NCBI GenBank assembly: GCA_951406725.2
Contig: OX597838.1
Coordinates: 33,542,001-33,606,000, forward strand
Length of the DNA: 64,000 nucleotides
Source: Octopus vulgaris
Taxonomy: Eukaryota
Direction of reading: 5' to 3'
Below are positions 1 through 12,525 of this stretch, piece after piece. The translations under genes were made by a program, and so were the position numbers. Below the pieces are notes generated by a model. That model worked only from the letters and a program-made list of their open reading frames with translations. It did no database searches and was not told the origin of the DNA. Within the stretch, counting starts at the first letter, position 1; each line of letters opens with the position of its first letter.

Positions 1-4
1 ACAG

Positions 5-150
5 GAAAAACTGAAGCACAACATTGCCAAGATGTTCTCTCTGATACATAAATCAGTCTTTGACTATTCTGCTCGAATGACAGCCGAGCTAAAGAGACAC
101 AACTACGTGACACCAACTAATTACTTGGAGCTTGTTTCAGGTTATAAACT
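5..150 (+). CDS. DNAH2: Axonemal dynein heavy chain, exon a (internal; gene starts upstream of the window)
   Basis: cag|GAA at 5; EKLKHNIAKMFSLIHKSVFDYSARMTAELKRHNYVTPTNYLELVSGYK; donor gtacgt at 151, phase 2. RHNYVTPTNYLEL is a conserved dynein heavy chain motif. Confidence 0.9.
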
Positions 151-606
151 GTACGTATTCTTCAAAAACATTTAACTGTTTCATTACTGTTCTGTGTAAA
201 ACTCTTGGTACAAGACCAACATTTACTTGAGATGGGTAATAATAATAATAATAATAATCATCATCATCATCATCATTTAGAGTCCGTTTTCCATGCTAGC
301 ATGGGTTGGACGGTTCAACTGGGGTCTGTGAAGCCAGAAGGCTGCATCAGGCCCAGTCTGATCTGGCAGTGTTTCTACGGCTGGATGCCCTTCCTAACGC
401 CAACCACTCCGCGAGAGTAGTGGGTGCTTTTTACGTGCCACCCGCACAGGTTTACATGTCACCGGCACAGATTGGCCAGTGCCACCGGCACGGGGGCCAG
501 GCGAGACTGGCAACGGCCATGAACGGATGGTGCTTTTTACGTGTCACCGGCACGGAGGCCAGTCGGGGCGGTGCTGGCAACGGCCACGATCGGATGGTTC
601 GCTTAC

Positions 607-607
<1 letters not shown>

Positions 608-639
<32 letters not shown>

Positions 640-1211
640 GCCCTGATGCAGTACCAGGCAGTGAGTCTCGTGGCTTCTGATCTTAAATGATTGGAAGTGT
701 TATCATGTACATTGTTTTGTCTTGGTATAAAAGATGGGCTACAGCAAATATTCTGCTCAATACCACAGATTTGCTTGTCAGTTGTTTGACCTTAACCAGT
801 TGAGCATGTCCCTTAGTGGCTGACGATATGTGCATCTCTAATCACGAGCAGAAGTAGTGGGGGAGCATCATAGCCATGTGTTGAGAGGGATTCTTTGGGG
901 TTTGAATAATTCACCTCTGGAAACATGGGTGGTTCATTCAATATCCTTAAACAACCCTTATTCAGGGACCTTTTGAGCGGGATGGGCTACTCGACCTGAA
1001 GAAAATTCTAACTGGGCCCCACCTGCAAGGTCATGTGCTGTTTATCTTGATATGAGATCACCATGTCGCGCACATATGATTGTGATGCATGTGCCTGATG
1101 TACCCTTATCAGACGGGTAGTCATGATGGGTATACTGGGCTTTGTATATTTTACCCCAGTGTCACTTTGATGGCATGCACTGCTCTCTCATTCAATAATA
1201 ATAATAATAAT
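608..1211 (+). mobile_element. (AAT)n-tailed interspersed repeat (LINE 3' end or SINE); second copy at 11183-11575 (minus)
   Basis: 870-1210 is the reverse complement of 11245-11573. Confidence 0.65.
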
Positions 1212-1422
1212 AGCAAAAAAAAAGGAAGGGTGCCATTGTCATCAAGTGAATGATATTTCGACATCTCGTGTATCTTCCATAGGTTCAAAAAAATAAACGT
1301 GTCAATCTACTTCATTTTGGTTAATATTTATAGGATTGTGGTAACTCCTCCTGAGTTCTTTTTTTTTACTTCTATATTTTCTGAAGGAGTTACCTCAGTC
1401 CTATAAATATTAACCAAAATGA

Positions 1423-1593
1423 AGTGCAGGAGTGGTTGTGTGGTAAGTAGCTTGTTTACCAACCACATGGTTCCGGGTTCAGTCCCAATGCGTGGCATCT
1501 TGGGCAAGTGTCTTCTGCTATAGCCCCAGGCCGACCAATGCCTTGTGAGTGGATTTGGTAGACGGAAACTGAAAGAAGCCCGTCGTATATATG

Positions 1594-1630
<37 letters not shown>

Positions 1631-1845
1631 TTGTGTGTCTGTGTTTGTCCCCCTAGCATTGCTTGACAACCGATGCTGGTGTGTTTACGTCCCCGTCACT
1701 TAGCGGTTTGGCAAAAGAGACCGATAGAATAAGTACTGGGCTTACAAAAGAATAAGTCCCGGGGTCGATTTGCTCGATTAAAGGTGGTGCTCCAGCATGG
1801 CCGCAGTCAAATGACTGAAAGAAGTAAAAGAGAGTAAAGAGAGAG
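1423..1845 (+). mobile_element. tRNA-derived SINE family A (CORE-like; internal (TA)n(TG)n)
   Basis: Head GCAGGAGTGG(C/T)TGTGTGGTAAG...GGTTCAGTCCC, then CTTGGGCAAGT, tail ...GAAACAAGTAAAAGAG; about 17 copies in the window. Confidence 0.85.
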
Positions 1846-2637
1846 ATTGACACGTTTATTTTTTGAAGATACACAAGATGTGGAAATATCGTTCACTTGA
1901 TGACAATGGCACTCTTCCTTTTTTTTTTTTTTGTTTTGCTTCTATATCTTCTGGAGGAGTTAGCTCAAATCTATAAATATTAATAATGATAATTATAATT
2001 ATAATTGTTTCTACTAGAAAGTGGTTGGTTTTAGAAAGGGCATCCAGCCATAGAAATTATGCTACAACAGACAATTGGAGTCTGGCCAGCTCCTGTCAAA
2101 CCATCCAACCCATGCCAGCATGGAAAACAGATGTTAAAAGACGATGGTGATGATGTTTGTATGTTATGCGTTGTTCTTCATAAGCTGTTTTCATTGAAAA
2201 AAATAATGAAATTTTGTGATCCAGTATCTTTAAATCTTGATGTGATGGCAATGAATGAATTCCATTTTCAGGTTCTGTGTAACAAAAAAAACTTTTTTTT
2301 TTGTTGACCTGTGTACACAGAGATATACGCATGCACACACACACACACACTCACACTGGCACATAGACTCACATGTAAACATACACAAGCATACACACAC
2401 ACTTACAGTCACATGCACACACATACAGATGTGTACACACTCATGCATGGACACATACAGACACGTCCACACAAGAACATTCATAGACATAGTCTCTCTC
2501 TCTCTCTCTCACTCACACACACACACACAAACGCAATACACACACATACAGAAGTTCACACAAAAACATCCACTGACATAGTCTCTCTCTCTCTCTCTCA
2601 CACACACATAGACACACACACATGTTCACAGAGAAAC

Positions 2638-2796
2638 ATAGGAGTGGCTGTGTGGTAAGTAGCTTGTTTACCAACCACATGGTTCCGGGTTCAGTCCCAC
2701 TGCGTGGCACCTTGGGGAAGTGTTTTCTGCTATAGCCTCGGGCCAACCAAAGCCTTGTGAGTGGATTTGGTAGACGGAAACTGAAAGAAGCCCGTC

Positions 2797-2844
<48 letters not shown>

Positions 2845-3050
2845 TTTGTGTGTCTGTGTTTGTCCCCCTAGCATTGCTTGACAACCGATGCTGGTGTGTT
2901 TATGTCCCCGTTACTTAGCGGCTCGGCAAAAGAGACCGATAGAATAAGTACTGGGCTTACAAAAGAATAAGTCCCGGGTTCGAGTTGCTCGATTAAAGGC
3001 GGTGCTCCAGCATGGCCGCAGTCAAATGACTGAAACAAGTAAAAGAGAGA
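2638..3050 (+). mobile_element. SINE family A
   Basis: Full-length match to 1423-1845. Confidence 0.85.
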
Positions 3051-3120
3051 AAAAAGAAAGAGACAGCCTCTCGCACCCATTTTTTGTTTTAAAGTTAGTT
3101 TTTGTTGTTAATTCTTGTAG

Positions 3121-3331
3121 ATTGTTGCTTGAAAAGAAGAAAGAACTCGGTGATGCCGCCAGCAAACTTAAAAATGGTCTCAGCAAAATTGATGAGACCC
3201 GAGAGAAGGTGCAGAAAATGTCTGTGGAATTGGATGAGGACAAAATAAAAGTGGCCCAGGTGCAGCAGCAATGCGATGAATATTTGTCAGTGCTGTTCCA
3301 GCAGAAGAAAGAAGCTGACGACCAGCAGAAG
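3121..3331 (+). CDS. DNAH2: Dynein heavy chain exon b (stalk coiled coil 1)
   Basis: tag|A; LLLEKKKELGDAASKLKNGLSKIDETREKV...ADDQQK; donor gtgaag; phase 2 to 0. Confidence 0.93.
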
Positions 3332-3450
3332 GTGAAGTTTTTGAAGTCGTTTAGTTGTTAATGCTAATTTAATGGTTTTTTGGGTTTTTTTGGCAAGTGG
3401 TGGTGGCAGTGACAATAGAGATGGTGTGATGCCTGAGGTGGTGGTAGTTT

Positions 3451-3685
3451 AAGGCGGCGAGCTGGCAGAAACGTTAGCGTGCCAGGCGAAATGCTTAGCG
3501 GTATTTCATCTGCCGTTACGTTCTGAGTTCAAATTCCACCAAGATCGACTTTGCCTTTCATCCTTTTGGGGTCGATAAATTAAGTACAAGTTACGCACTG
3601 GGGTCGATGTAATCGACTTAATACCTATGTCTGTCCTTATTTGTCAGCTCTGTGTTTAGCCCCTTGCGGGTAATAAAGAAATAGG
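3451..3685 (+). mobile_element. tRNA-derived SINE family B (central GCCTTTCATCCTTTCGGGGTCGATAAA domain, MetaSINE-like)
   Basis: AAGGCGGCGAGCTGGCAGAA...GAGTTCAAATTCC; flanking direct repeat ggtggtagtt. Confidence 0.8.
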
Positions 3686-3927
3686 TGGTAGTTGTGGTGC
3701 TGGCAGTGGTTGTGGCAGTGACGACAACAATATGTTGTTTGGAAAGTGAGAACTTCTCTAGGGTGGCCGAATCACTAGTTTCTTCTGATTTGGGACTTTA
3801 TAACTATCCCAGATCTTCTGAGATATCAGAAGTGATAGACTGACTAAAATTTAAAACGTACAGAGAATGACTAAAGCTTAGAAGTATCAACAACCTATAG
3901 GCTTTTAAATTTTTGTCAGTATATTAT

Positions 3928-4332
3928 AGGCGCAGGAGTGGTTGTGTGGTAAGTAGCTTGCTAACCAACCACATGGTTCTAGGTTCAGTCCCACTGCGTG
4001 GCATCTTGGGCAAGTGTCTTCTGCTATAGCCCCGGGCCGACCAATGCCTTGTGAGTGGATTTGGTAGACGGAAACTGAAAGAAGCCTGTCGTATATATGT
4101 ATATATATAAGTGTGTGTGTGTGTATATGTTTGTGTGTCTGTGTTTGTCCCCCTAGCATTGCTTGACAACCGATGCTGGTGTGTTTACGTCCCCGTCACT
4201 TAGCGGTTCGGCAAAAGAGACCGATAGAATAAGTACTGGGCTTACAAAGAATAAGTCCCGGGGTCGATTTGCTCGACTAAAGGCAGTGCTCCAGCATGGC
4301 CACAGTCAAATGACTGAAACGAGTAAAAGAGA
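3928..4332 (+). mobile_element. SINE family A
   Basis: Full-length match. Confidence 0.85.
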
Positions 4333-4864
4333 TATTACTTCAACACTTCAAGTTGATATCTCAGAAGATCTGGGATAGTTATTGTAGTGTGATGGATGAA
4401 GAGGACAACAGAAGGAGAAGGAGGGGAAATACAAACAGGTCTTACCTCGGCGAAGATCAGAGGTCTCACGTCGAGTCGCTTCTTCGTCTCAGCTCCCACT
4501 GCCGGCTTCGTTGATCGCCACACGTGCATGCTCCTTCACTGCTTCTGCTTCCCCCGCCGCACATACATCCTGCGAGCCCTACTTCCGCCCTCCCTTATCT
4601 GTCGTCCTCTCCACCGACACCACAGTTATAAAGCCTCAATCAGAAAGCTTTATATTACTCAGAATGTATGAAACAAGGACCAATCAAAAGTCTGAAAACA
4701 AGCTTAGGGGTTTCAGACAAATTTATGAAAATTCCTTGGACAGAAAAAGGGTTTAAAGGAATCAGAGGCAGCTTCTGTTCTGGTAGAAGTCTGTCCTTAG
4801 TGTCACATGTGATACTCTGAACATTTTCCCCTGGCTTCCATGCATCGTATTTGATACACATTCC

Positions 4865-5420
4865 CAGTTTTAGTTCTATATTTAAGAGATGAGGAATTAT
4901 TTACAGTTGACGGATATTTGTCCTCGTCTTGTTTGTTGTTAACACAACATTTCGGCTGATATACCCTCCAGCCTTCATCAGGTGTCTGGGGTAAATTTCG
5001 AACCTGGGTTCTCATTCCTAAGGTATTTTTCGATGATGTTGTTGTTGTCACTGCCTGGAATTGATTTCAGAATCTTGGGGTTAGCCTGCGCTCTTAACCA
5101 CTGTGCCATGGGTAATTTTGGAGTGAATTTTAGGGCTTATAAATCTAATATTTTCCCATCCTTCATTAATACCAGTTCCCATATGCTACTCATATCTGCA
5201 CTTGGTCTGCTTAGGAGGTTATTGTGTCCTAGCATAGTTTGCGTATTTTCCAGTGGTGTTCTCTGCCTATTATTTTAGTTTCATCTCACAGGGGGGAGGA
5301 GGTCTCCATTTTTCCATACAGGATCAGCTATGAAGGCTGGAGGGTATATCAGCCGAAATGTTGTGCTAATAACAAACAAGATGAGGACAAATATCCATCA
5401 ATTGTAAATAATGTAAATAA
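4865..5420 (-). mobile_element. Penelope-like retroelement 3' fragment (decayed GIY-YIG C-terminus, pseudo-LTR and inverted partial pLTR)
   Basis: Minus strand 5330-5150 reads with frameshifts IADPVWKNGD..PL*DETKIIGREHHWKIRKL/MLGHNNLLSRPSADMSSIW, like the Penelope endonuclease tail; 83-bp inverted repeat 4896-4978/5330-5412; HHR motif present. Confidence 0.75.
4941..4986 (-). ncRNA. Minimal Penelope-type hammerhead motif
   Basis: Minus strand: GACAC-CUGAUGA-A-GGCUG...CAGCC-GAAAU-GUU-GUGUU; the family consensus from four copies is GAAACGUU (palindromic AACGUU). Confidence 0.65.
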
Positions 5421-6289
5421 TTCCCAATTTTGTTTTTCAACCACCAGAGTAACTTGGGACTTATGAAAGAAAAGCTGAGTAAAATCATATGTAGGCTTGT
5501 CTTTTGCAGGTGGTGGTCCCATTTAAAAAGCTCTCCTGCTGGTGCTGCATAAAAGGCACCTGTGCCAGCAACATGTAAAAGGCACCCAGCACACTCTGTT
5601 AAATGGTCAGCATTAAGAAGGGCATCCAGCTATAGAAACCATGCCACAACAGACAGTTGGAGCCTGGACAGCTCTCGGCTGGCCAGTTCCATGTCAAACT
5701 GTCCAACCCATACCAACATAGAGTGCAGATGTTAAACAATGATGAGGTTGATGAAAGCTTTATCTTACTCAGAATGTTTGAAACAAGGGCTAAACTAAAA
5801 CTTTATAACTTACTTTTAAGTGTTATCATTATACATAAATCCTGACTCCAGCTACATAAACACCATAGTGAGAAATATATTTTCTGGAATGCTAACTGAT
5901 ATTTTATGCGTGCATAAATAATTTCGTGTTCTTTTAACCGCTATAAAAAAATACAGTTTCATTAATAAGTTGAAGAATGTGAAGAAAGAGAAAATTATTA
6001 CTACATTATTTTATTTATGTACATTTAGCATTTTTAATATTTATAATACAATTTGAAGTAAAGTAATTTTGTTGTAGAGAATTACGACTTAAAATTTACG
6101 CTAATTCTTCATACTAACTATATAGATCTCAGTAATTCAGACAAGTCTTGTTGGATTTTTCATAGACATGGCATAAAAAAATAACCAATGTCTCAAAGGA
6201 GTGAGTGTTGTGGAGTTTAGTTACATCCCACAAACACTAAAGTTTTCCTCAAAATCCAGGGTTTTTATAACTGCTCAACTTGACTTTAA

Positions 6290-6511
6290 CCCTTTAGTGT
6301 TCAGATTACTCTGTAAAATGTAATACTTTTTTCACTCAAATTGTTTTGAATTAATCATGCATTATCTTATAGCTTTGAAGTTTCAATGGTATGATAGTTT
6401 ATTCTTAGAATGTCAATGTAGATTAGGTGTGAGAGGCTAAATATGGCCAGTTTGAATGTAAAAATGTGTAGGATATTCGGGCCGGATATGGCCGGCTTAA
6501 ACACCAAAGGG
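6290..6511. mobile_element. piggyBac-like MITE
   Basis: TTAA on both sides; TIR CCCTTTAGTGTT / AACACCAAAGGG. Confidence 0.7.
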
Positions 6512-6815
6512 TTAAAGGATTGAAATCACATAAAAATATTCTTTAACTAACTTTTAGAATTCCTATATGAGCAGTTATTTCAACCAATGGGAAAACGACA
6601 ATCATATTTCTTCGGCAAAACGACATTACGTCATATTGGGCCAGCTACCACAAATTGGTGCTACTCTTTGAAAATGGCTACACACTACACTCTGAAAACA
6701 GACGTTGGCATTTAAGACAAACTTATGAAAATACTTTGGACAGACAAAGGGTTAATCCATCCTGTTTTTGTTGTTTGTTAATCTTTACTAATCCTCTCTC
6801 TCTCTCTTATTGCAG

Positions 6816-7074
6816 TTTGTTGGCCAGAAAAGTGAGAGAATATCTGAAGAAGAAATTAAATGCAAGCACATGGCCGACCTTGCCCAACAGGACCTTAGCG
6901 AAGCTATGCCTGCCCTTGAAGAGGCTATGTTAGCTCTGGAAGCCCTAAACAAGAAGGATATTGGTGAGATTAAATCCTATGGTCGGCCACCAGCCCTTGT
7001 GGAGAAAGTAATGGAGGCTGTGATGATATTGAAGGGAAGCGAACCAAACTGGGCGGAAGCAAAACGGCAACTCG
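6816..7074 (+). CDS. DNAH2: Dynein heavy chain exon c (stalk / microtubule-binding domain)
   Basis: cag|TTT; ...AMPALEEAMLALEALNKKDIGEIKSYGRPPALVEKVMEAVMIL...WAEAKRQL; donor gttagt; phase 0 to 1. Confidence 0.95.
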
Positions 7075-7211
7075 GTTAGTGTCAGTGTTTGGTTTGGCTT
7101 CTGTTTTTATAGATGTACATAAAGCTGAATGCTCCAGCATGGCCGAGTCCATGATAAGCCATTTGTTTTGTTTGTTTTTTTTTTCTTTTTTGTGGAGGTT
7201 GTAGAATAGAT

Positions 7212-7433
7212 ATGCATTTCACTACTGCCCACAAGGGGCTAAACACAGAGGGGACAAACGGATTATGTCGATTACATCGACCCCAGGGTGTAACTGGTAC
7301 TTAATTTATCGACCCCAAAAGGATGAAAGGTAAAGTCGACCTCGGCGGAATTTGAACTCAGAACATAACGGCAGACGAAATACGGCTACGCATTTCGCCC
7401 GATTTGCTAACGAGTCTGCCAGCTCGCCGCCTT
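7212..7433 (-). mobile_element. SINE family B with TSD
   Basis: Flanked by ttgtagaatagat at 7199 and 7432. Confidence 0.8.
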
Positions 7434-7831
7434 GTAGAATAGATCTGGTGTACCCCTACATTTTGTATGAGTCGAGTAAAAGAATTCGTGCCAGGAAGGG
7501 AATTTGGCCATAAATCACTACCTCAGAAAAACAATCCACCCTACCCCAGAAAGTGGTCATAAAACACTGGTGATGAGGATGATGATTTGTTGTTGTTGCT
7601 GTTGCTGTTGCACTGGCCTCAGCCACATTCGTATGGTGCATTTTATGTGCCACCAGCACGGGAGCCAGTCCGGAGGAATTAGAATTAACCATGCTTGAAT
7701 GTTGCTTTTTATGTGCCACCTGCACAGATGCCAGTCATACGGTACTGGCATCGGCCATGACAAGGAAAAGCATAGTTTGTTCAACAATGTTTATTCGACA
7801 ATATATATCTACACACGCACACACACACACA

Positions 7832-8068
7832 TCTATTATATAAAGTCCGTTCAGTCTGTGTGTGTGTCTTCTAGGATCTCGGGCATCCTCCATCCGATTG
7901 CACTCAAATTTGATATGTAGATACCGACAGTATCAGGGTGTGTATAAGTCTTGAGAAAATTACAAAAATCGATTCCAGGTGAGAATGCAATCGATAAAGC
8001 CGTGGGAACGTGCATTTGTACGTGCAAGTACATCAACACCGTCCATTGGATGGGGGGCATTTTGCTCG
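7832..8068 (+). mobile_element. Short Helitron-like element
   Basis: A|TCTATTATATAAA start; hairpin ccgtcca-t-tggatgg; CTCG|T end (variant of CTAG). Confidence 0.5.
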
Positions 8069-8111
<43 letters not shown>

Positions 8112-8114
<3 letters not shown>

Positions 8115-8505
8115 TGCAGGAGTGGCTGTGTGGTAAGTAGCTTGCTAACCAACCACATGGTTCCGGGTTCAGTCCCACTGCGTGGCATCTTGGGCAAGTG
8201 TCTTCTGCTATAGCCTCGGGCCGACCAATGCCTTGTGAGTGGATTTGGTAGACGGAAACTGAAAGAAGCCTGTCGTATATATATTTATATAAGTGTGTGT
8301 GTATATGTTTGTGTGTCTGTGTTTGTCCCCCTAGCATTGCTTGACAACCGATGCTGGTGTGTTTACATCCCCGTAACTTAGCGGTTCGGCAAAAGAGACC
8401 GATAGAATAAGTAGTGGGCTTACAAAGAATAAGTCCCGGGCTCGATTTGCTCAAGTAAAGGCGGTGCTCCAGCATGGACACAGTCAAATGACTGAAACAA
8501 TAAAA

Positions 8506-8510
<5 letters not shown>
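8112..8510 (+). mobile_element. SINE family A
   Basis: Full-length match, inserted in (TA)n. Confidence 0.85.
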
Positions 8511-8541
<31 letters not shown>

Positions 8542-8721
8542 ACATATATATATATATGTATGTGTGTGTTTCAGTGTATTTGTCTCTCTCTCTATTTATG
8601 TTTCTGTTTACTTGTTTAATTATCTGTATATCTAATCGTCTAATTATCGTTAACGTTTTTCTCACTCATTTTGGTGAATGCATGAAGTATTTTTTTTTTG
8701 TTTTCTCTTCTTTTCGTTCAG

Positions 8722-9008
8722 GGGACCCCAACTTTATCAAGTCTTTGGTAAACTTCGACAAAGATAACATCAGCGATCGTGTGTTGAATAAAATCGGTAA
8801 ATACGTTGCCCAAGCAGACTTCACTCCTGATATTATTGGTCGTGTGTCCGGTGCCGCAAAATCATTATGCATGTGGGTGAGGGCAATGGAGATGTATGGA
8901 AGGATATATCGAGTCGTGGAACCAAAGAAAATGAAACTAAACGCAGCTTTGTCCCAACTGAAAGAGAAACAAGATGCCCTTGCAGACGCCAAGGCCAAGT
9001 TGGCAGAG
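8722..9008 (+). CDS. DNAH2: Dynein heavy chain exon d (MTBD / coiled coil 2)
   Basis: DPNFIKSLVNFDKDNI...VSGAAKSLCMWVRAMEMYGRIYRVVEPKK...KLAE; AG/GT bounded; phase 1 to 0. Confidence 0.95.
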
Positions 9009-9527
9009 GTTGGTGATCCCCTTTATTTCTTTTCTTTTATATTCTATCTTTTCATTTGCTTCAGTCTTTGAATTGTGGCCATGCTGGGGCACTGCCTTGA
9101 CCCTAACCCTAAACCTAAAACCCTAACCTAACTCTAAAATCCTAACTCTAAAACCCTAACTCTAAAACCCTAACCCTAAAAACCTTAAAGCTAAAACCAG
9201 TACAAACGCTCGAACAATGTCATAAATAACAGTGACAAATGAAAAATACACCTCCGATAATTGTTGTTGACAAACAACAGCAGTAATTTTACTCAGCTGA
9301 ATAAACATCATTGATTGGTTGAAATTACCAAAATACAACAACTTTAATACGAAATAATTTTGTAAATATAAACTTTTCTCAAAAACGCTAAGAGTAATAG
9401 ATGTTTTTTTTATATGGCACATTCTACCAGTGTCCAAAGTTTGAAAGTGTTTAGTTACAAAATATTATTTTCTAAATCTGCCGGTCAAAAGGTAAAGATT
9501 CGAATCTTACAGTATTTTTATAATTAA

Positions 9528-9747
9528 CCCTGTAGCATTTAAACAGGCCATATCCTGCTAAAATATTCTACCTGTTTTATACTTAAATTGGCCAGATTCA
9601 ACCTCTCGCACCTACCCTACAATGTCATTCTAAAAATAAATGAGCACATCACTAAAATCTCCAAACTATGAGATAATGCAGGAAAAATTCAAAACAATGG
9701 GAATAAATAAACAATACTTTTGTAGGAATAATTTGACTGCTAAAGGG
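9528..9747. mobile_element. piggyBac-like MITE (same family, opposite orientation)
   Basis: TTAA|CCCTGTAGCA ... TGCTAAAGGG|TTAA. Confidence 0.7.
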
Positions 9748-9764
9748 TTAAATATTATTTGGAA

Positions 9765-10158
9765 TTACTCTTTACTTGTTTCAGTCATTTGACTGCGGCC
9801 ATGTTGGAGCACTGCCTTTAATTGAGCAACTCGACCCTGGGACTTATTCTTTTGTAAGCCCAGTACTTATTCTATCGGTCTCTTTTGCCGAACCGCTAAG
9901 TAACGGGGACGTAAACACACCAGCATCGGTTGTCAAACACAGGGGGACAAACACAGACACACAAACACATACACGCATATATACATATACATATATACGA
10001 TGGGCTTCTTTCAGTTTCCGTCTACCAAATCCACTCACAAGGCTTTGGTCGGCCCGAGACTATAGTAGAAGACATTTGCCTAAGGTGCCACGCAGTGGGA
10101 CTGAACCCGGAGCTATGTGGTTGGTAAACAAGCTACTTACCACACAGCCACTCCTGTG
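9765..10158 (-). mobile_element. SINE family A
   Basis: Reverse-complement match. Confidence 0.85.
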
Positions 10159-10730
10159 CCAATTGCATAAAAAAATTAGACTTTTTTGTGTGTTGTAGAA
10201 GCAGAAGTAATTTATTACATATAAATTTTAACAACAAAATCTTATATGGACCCCCAAAGGTTATTTAGACCTTAGTTGAGGACCATTGGTTTATATGTAT
10301 ATATGTGTGTGTTTGTCCCCCCCCATCATCACATGACAACCGATGTTGGTGTGTTTACGTCCCTGTAACTTAGCAGTTCAGTAAAAGAAGCTGATAGGAT
10401 AAGTATTCGGCTCCCAAAGAATAAGTCCTAGAGTTGATTTGTTCGACTAAAGGCGGTGCTCCAGCATGACCACAGTCGAATGACTGAAATGAATAAAAGA
10501 ATATATACGTGTGTGTGTGTGGACACAGAGAGAGAAAGTTTAAAAGACATGTCTAAACATAATTACAGATGTACACACACATACATACCACAAGGATTGT
10601 GAAAACGCACACATGGGTATAGTTACATGCACACACACACACACACACACTGATGGTTTACACATTTGTACATCTAAACCCATCACACCGCAAATGTCTT
10701 GTGACCTTGCGAATGTTTATTATTTTCCAG

Positions 10731-10895
10731 GTGGAAGCCAACATGTTGGCACTGCGTAACCAATATGACGAAAGAATTGCTCAGAAAGAGGAGCTGAGAC
10801 TAAAGGCAGAACGTACTGAAATGATGTTGGACAGGGCCCATAAACTGGTGTCAGGTTTGGCCGGAGAGAAAGTTAGGTGGGAAGAAACAGTAACA
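10731..10895 (+). CDS. DNAH2: Dynein heavy chain exon e
   Basis: cag|GTG; VEANMLALRNQYDER...LDRAHKLVSGLAGEKVRWEETVT; donor gtgtgt at 10896 (an alternative GT lies at 10890). Confidence 0.9.
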
Positions 10896-10899
10896 GTGT

Positions 10900-10937
<38 letters not shown>

Positions 10938-11181
10938 TTAATTCATCACCATCATCATAATCATTATTATTAAGGCAGCGGGCTGGCAGAATTGTTAGCA
11001 TACTGGACAAAATGCTTAACAGAATTTCACCCGTTGGTTCGTTCTGAGTTCAAATTCTGCCAAGTTCGACTTTACCTTTCATCCTTTAGGGTTGATAAAT
11101 TAAGTACCAGTGAAACACTGGGGGTCAATGTAATTGGCTTCATCCCCTCCTCCAAGCTGCCCTTGTGGTAAAAATTTGAAA

Positions 11182-11246
<65 letters not shown>

Positions 11247-12087
11247 GAGTGAGAGAGCAGTGCATGCCATCAAAGTGACGTTGGGGTAAAATATACGAAG
11301 CCCAGTATACCCATCGTGACTACCCGTCTGATAAGGGTACACCAGGCACATGCATCACAACCATATGTGCGCGACATGGTGATCTAATGTCAAGATAAAC
11401 AGCGCATGACCTTGCAAGTGGGGTCCAGTTAGAATTTTCTTCTGGTCAAGTAATCCATCCTACTCAAAAGGTCCCTGAATAAAGGTTGTTTAAGGATGTT
11501 GAACAAAACACCCATGTTTCCAGAGGTGAATCATTCAAACCCCAAAGAATCCCTCTCAACACATGGCTATGATGTTTGGCCTCATGACTGGCACAAACTG
11601 ATTAGATTTTAGGATTGATCCAATACTGAACAAGAATTCTGGATTATTTTTCCATTTTATTTTACTTAATTTTTGAGAGCAGTCAGGCTCATTTTTACTA
11701 TTCTCGTTTGTGAGAGCAGTCAAGATTATTTCCTATGTTATCATTTTAAAAATCATCTCTGACTAATTGTTGCAAAATATTTGGCAGCATTTTATGTTCT
11801 GAGTTCAAATTCTGCCATGGTTGACCATGCCTTTAATCTTTTCAGGGTCGATAAGATAAGCACAAGTCAAGCAATGGGGTCAATGTAACTGACTTACCCC
11901 ATCTCCCAAACGTATGTGCGTCGATGTGTGCATGTGTGTGTGTGTATGTCTATATACTGACTAGTGAACTTAGCAAAACCAAGAGAGTGATTCTGTTGTC
12001 ACTGCAAACGAGCCTACAACTGATAGGCGAAACTAGTATAGTCCATTGGTCCTAGAGTCACTCATGGGGTTGTTATCTTCCCTGTCA

Positions 12088-12125
<38 letters not shown>

Positions 12126-12128
<3 letters not shown>

Positions 12129-12525
12129 TGCAGGAGTGGCTGTGTGGTAAGTAGCTTGCTTACCAACCACATGGTTCCAGGTTCAGTCCCACTGCATGGC
12201 ACCTTGGGCAAGTGTCTTCTACTATAGCCTCGGGCCGACCAAAGCCTTGTGAGTGGATTTAGTAGATGGAGACAGAAAGAAGCCCGTCATATATATGTAT
12301 GTGTGTGTGTGTATATGTTTGTGTGTCTGTGTTTGTCCTCCCAACATCGCTTGTCAACCGATGCTGGTGTGGTTACGTCCCCGTAACTTAGCGGTTCGGC
12401 AAAAGAGACCGATAGAATAAGTACTAGGCTTACAAAGAATAAGTCCTGGAGTCGATTTGCTCGACTAAAAGGCGGTGCTCTAGCATGGCCGCAGTCAAAA
12501 TGACTGAAGCAAGTAAAAGAGAAAA
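12126..12525 (+). mobile_element. SINE family A
   Basis: Full-length match. Confidence 0.85.

Noticed and set aside
1328-4378. Recurrent small ORFs (MSSNARGTNTDTQ..., MLGGQTQTHK...) resembling a multigene family
   Set aside because: They are antisense readings of SINE family A copies.
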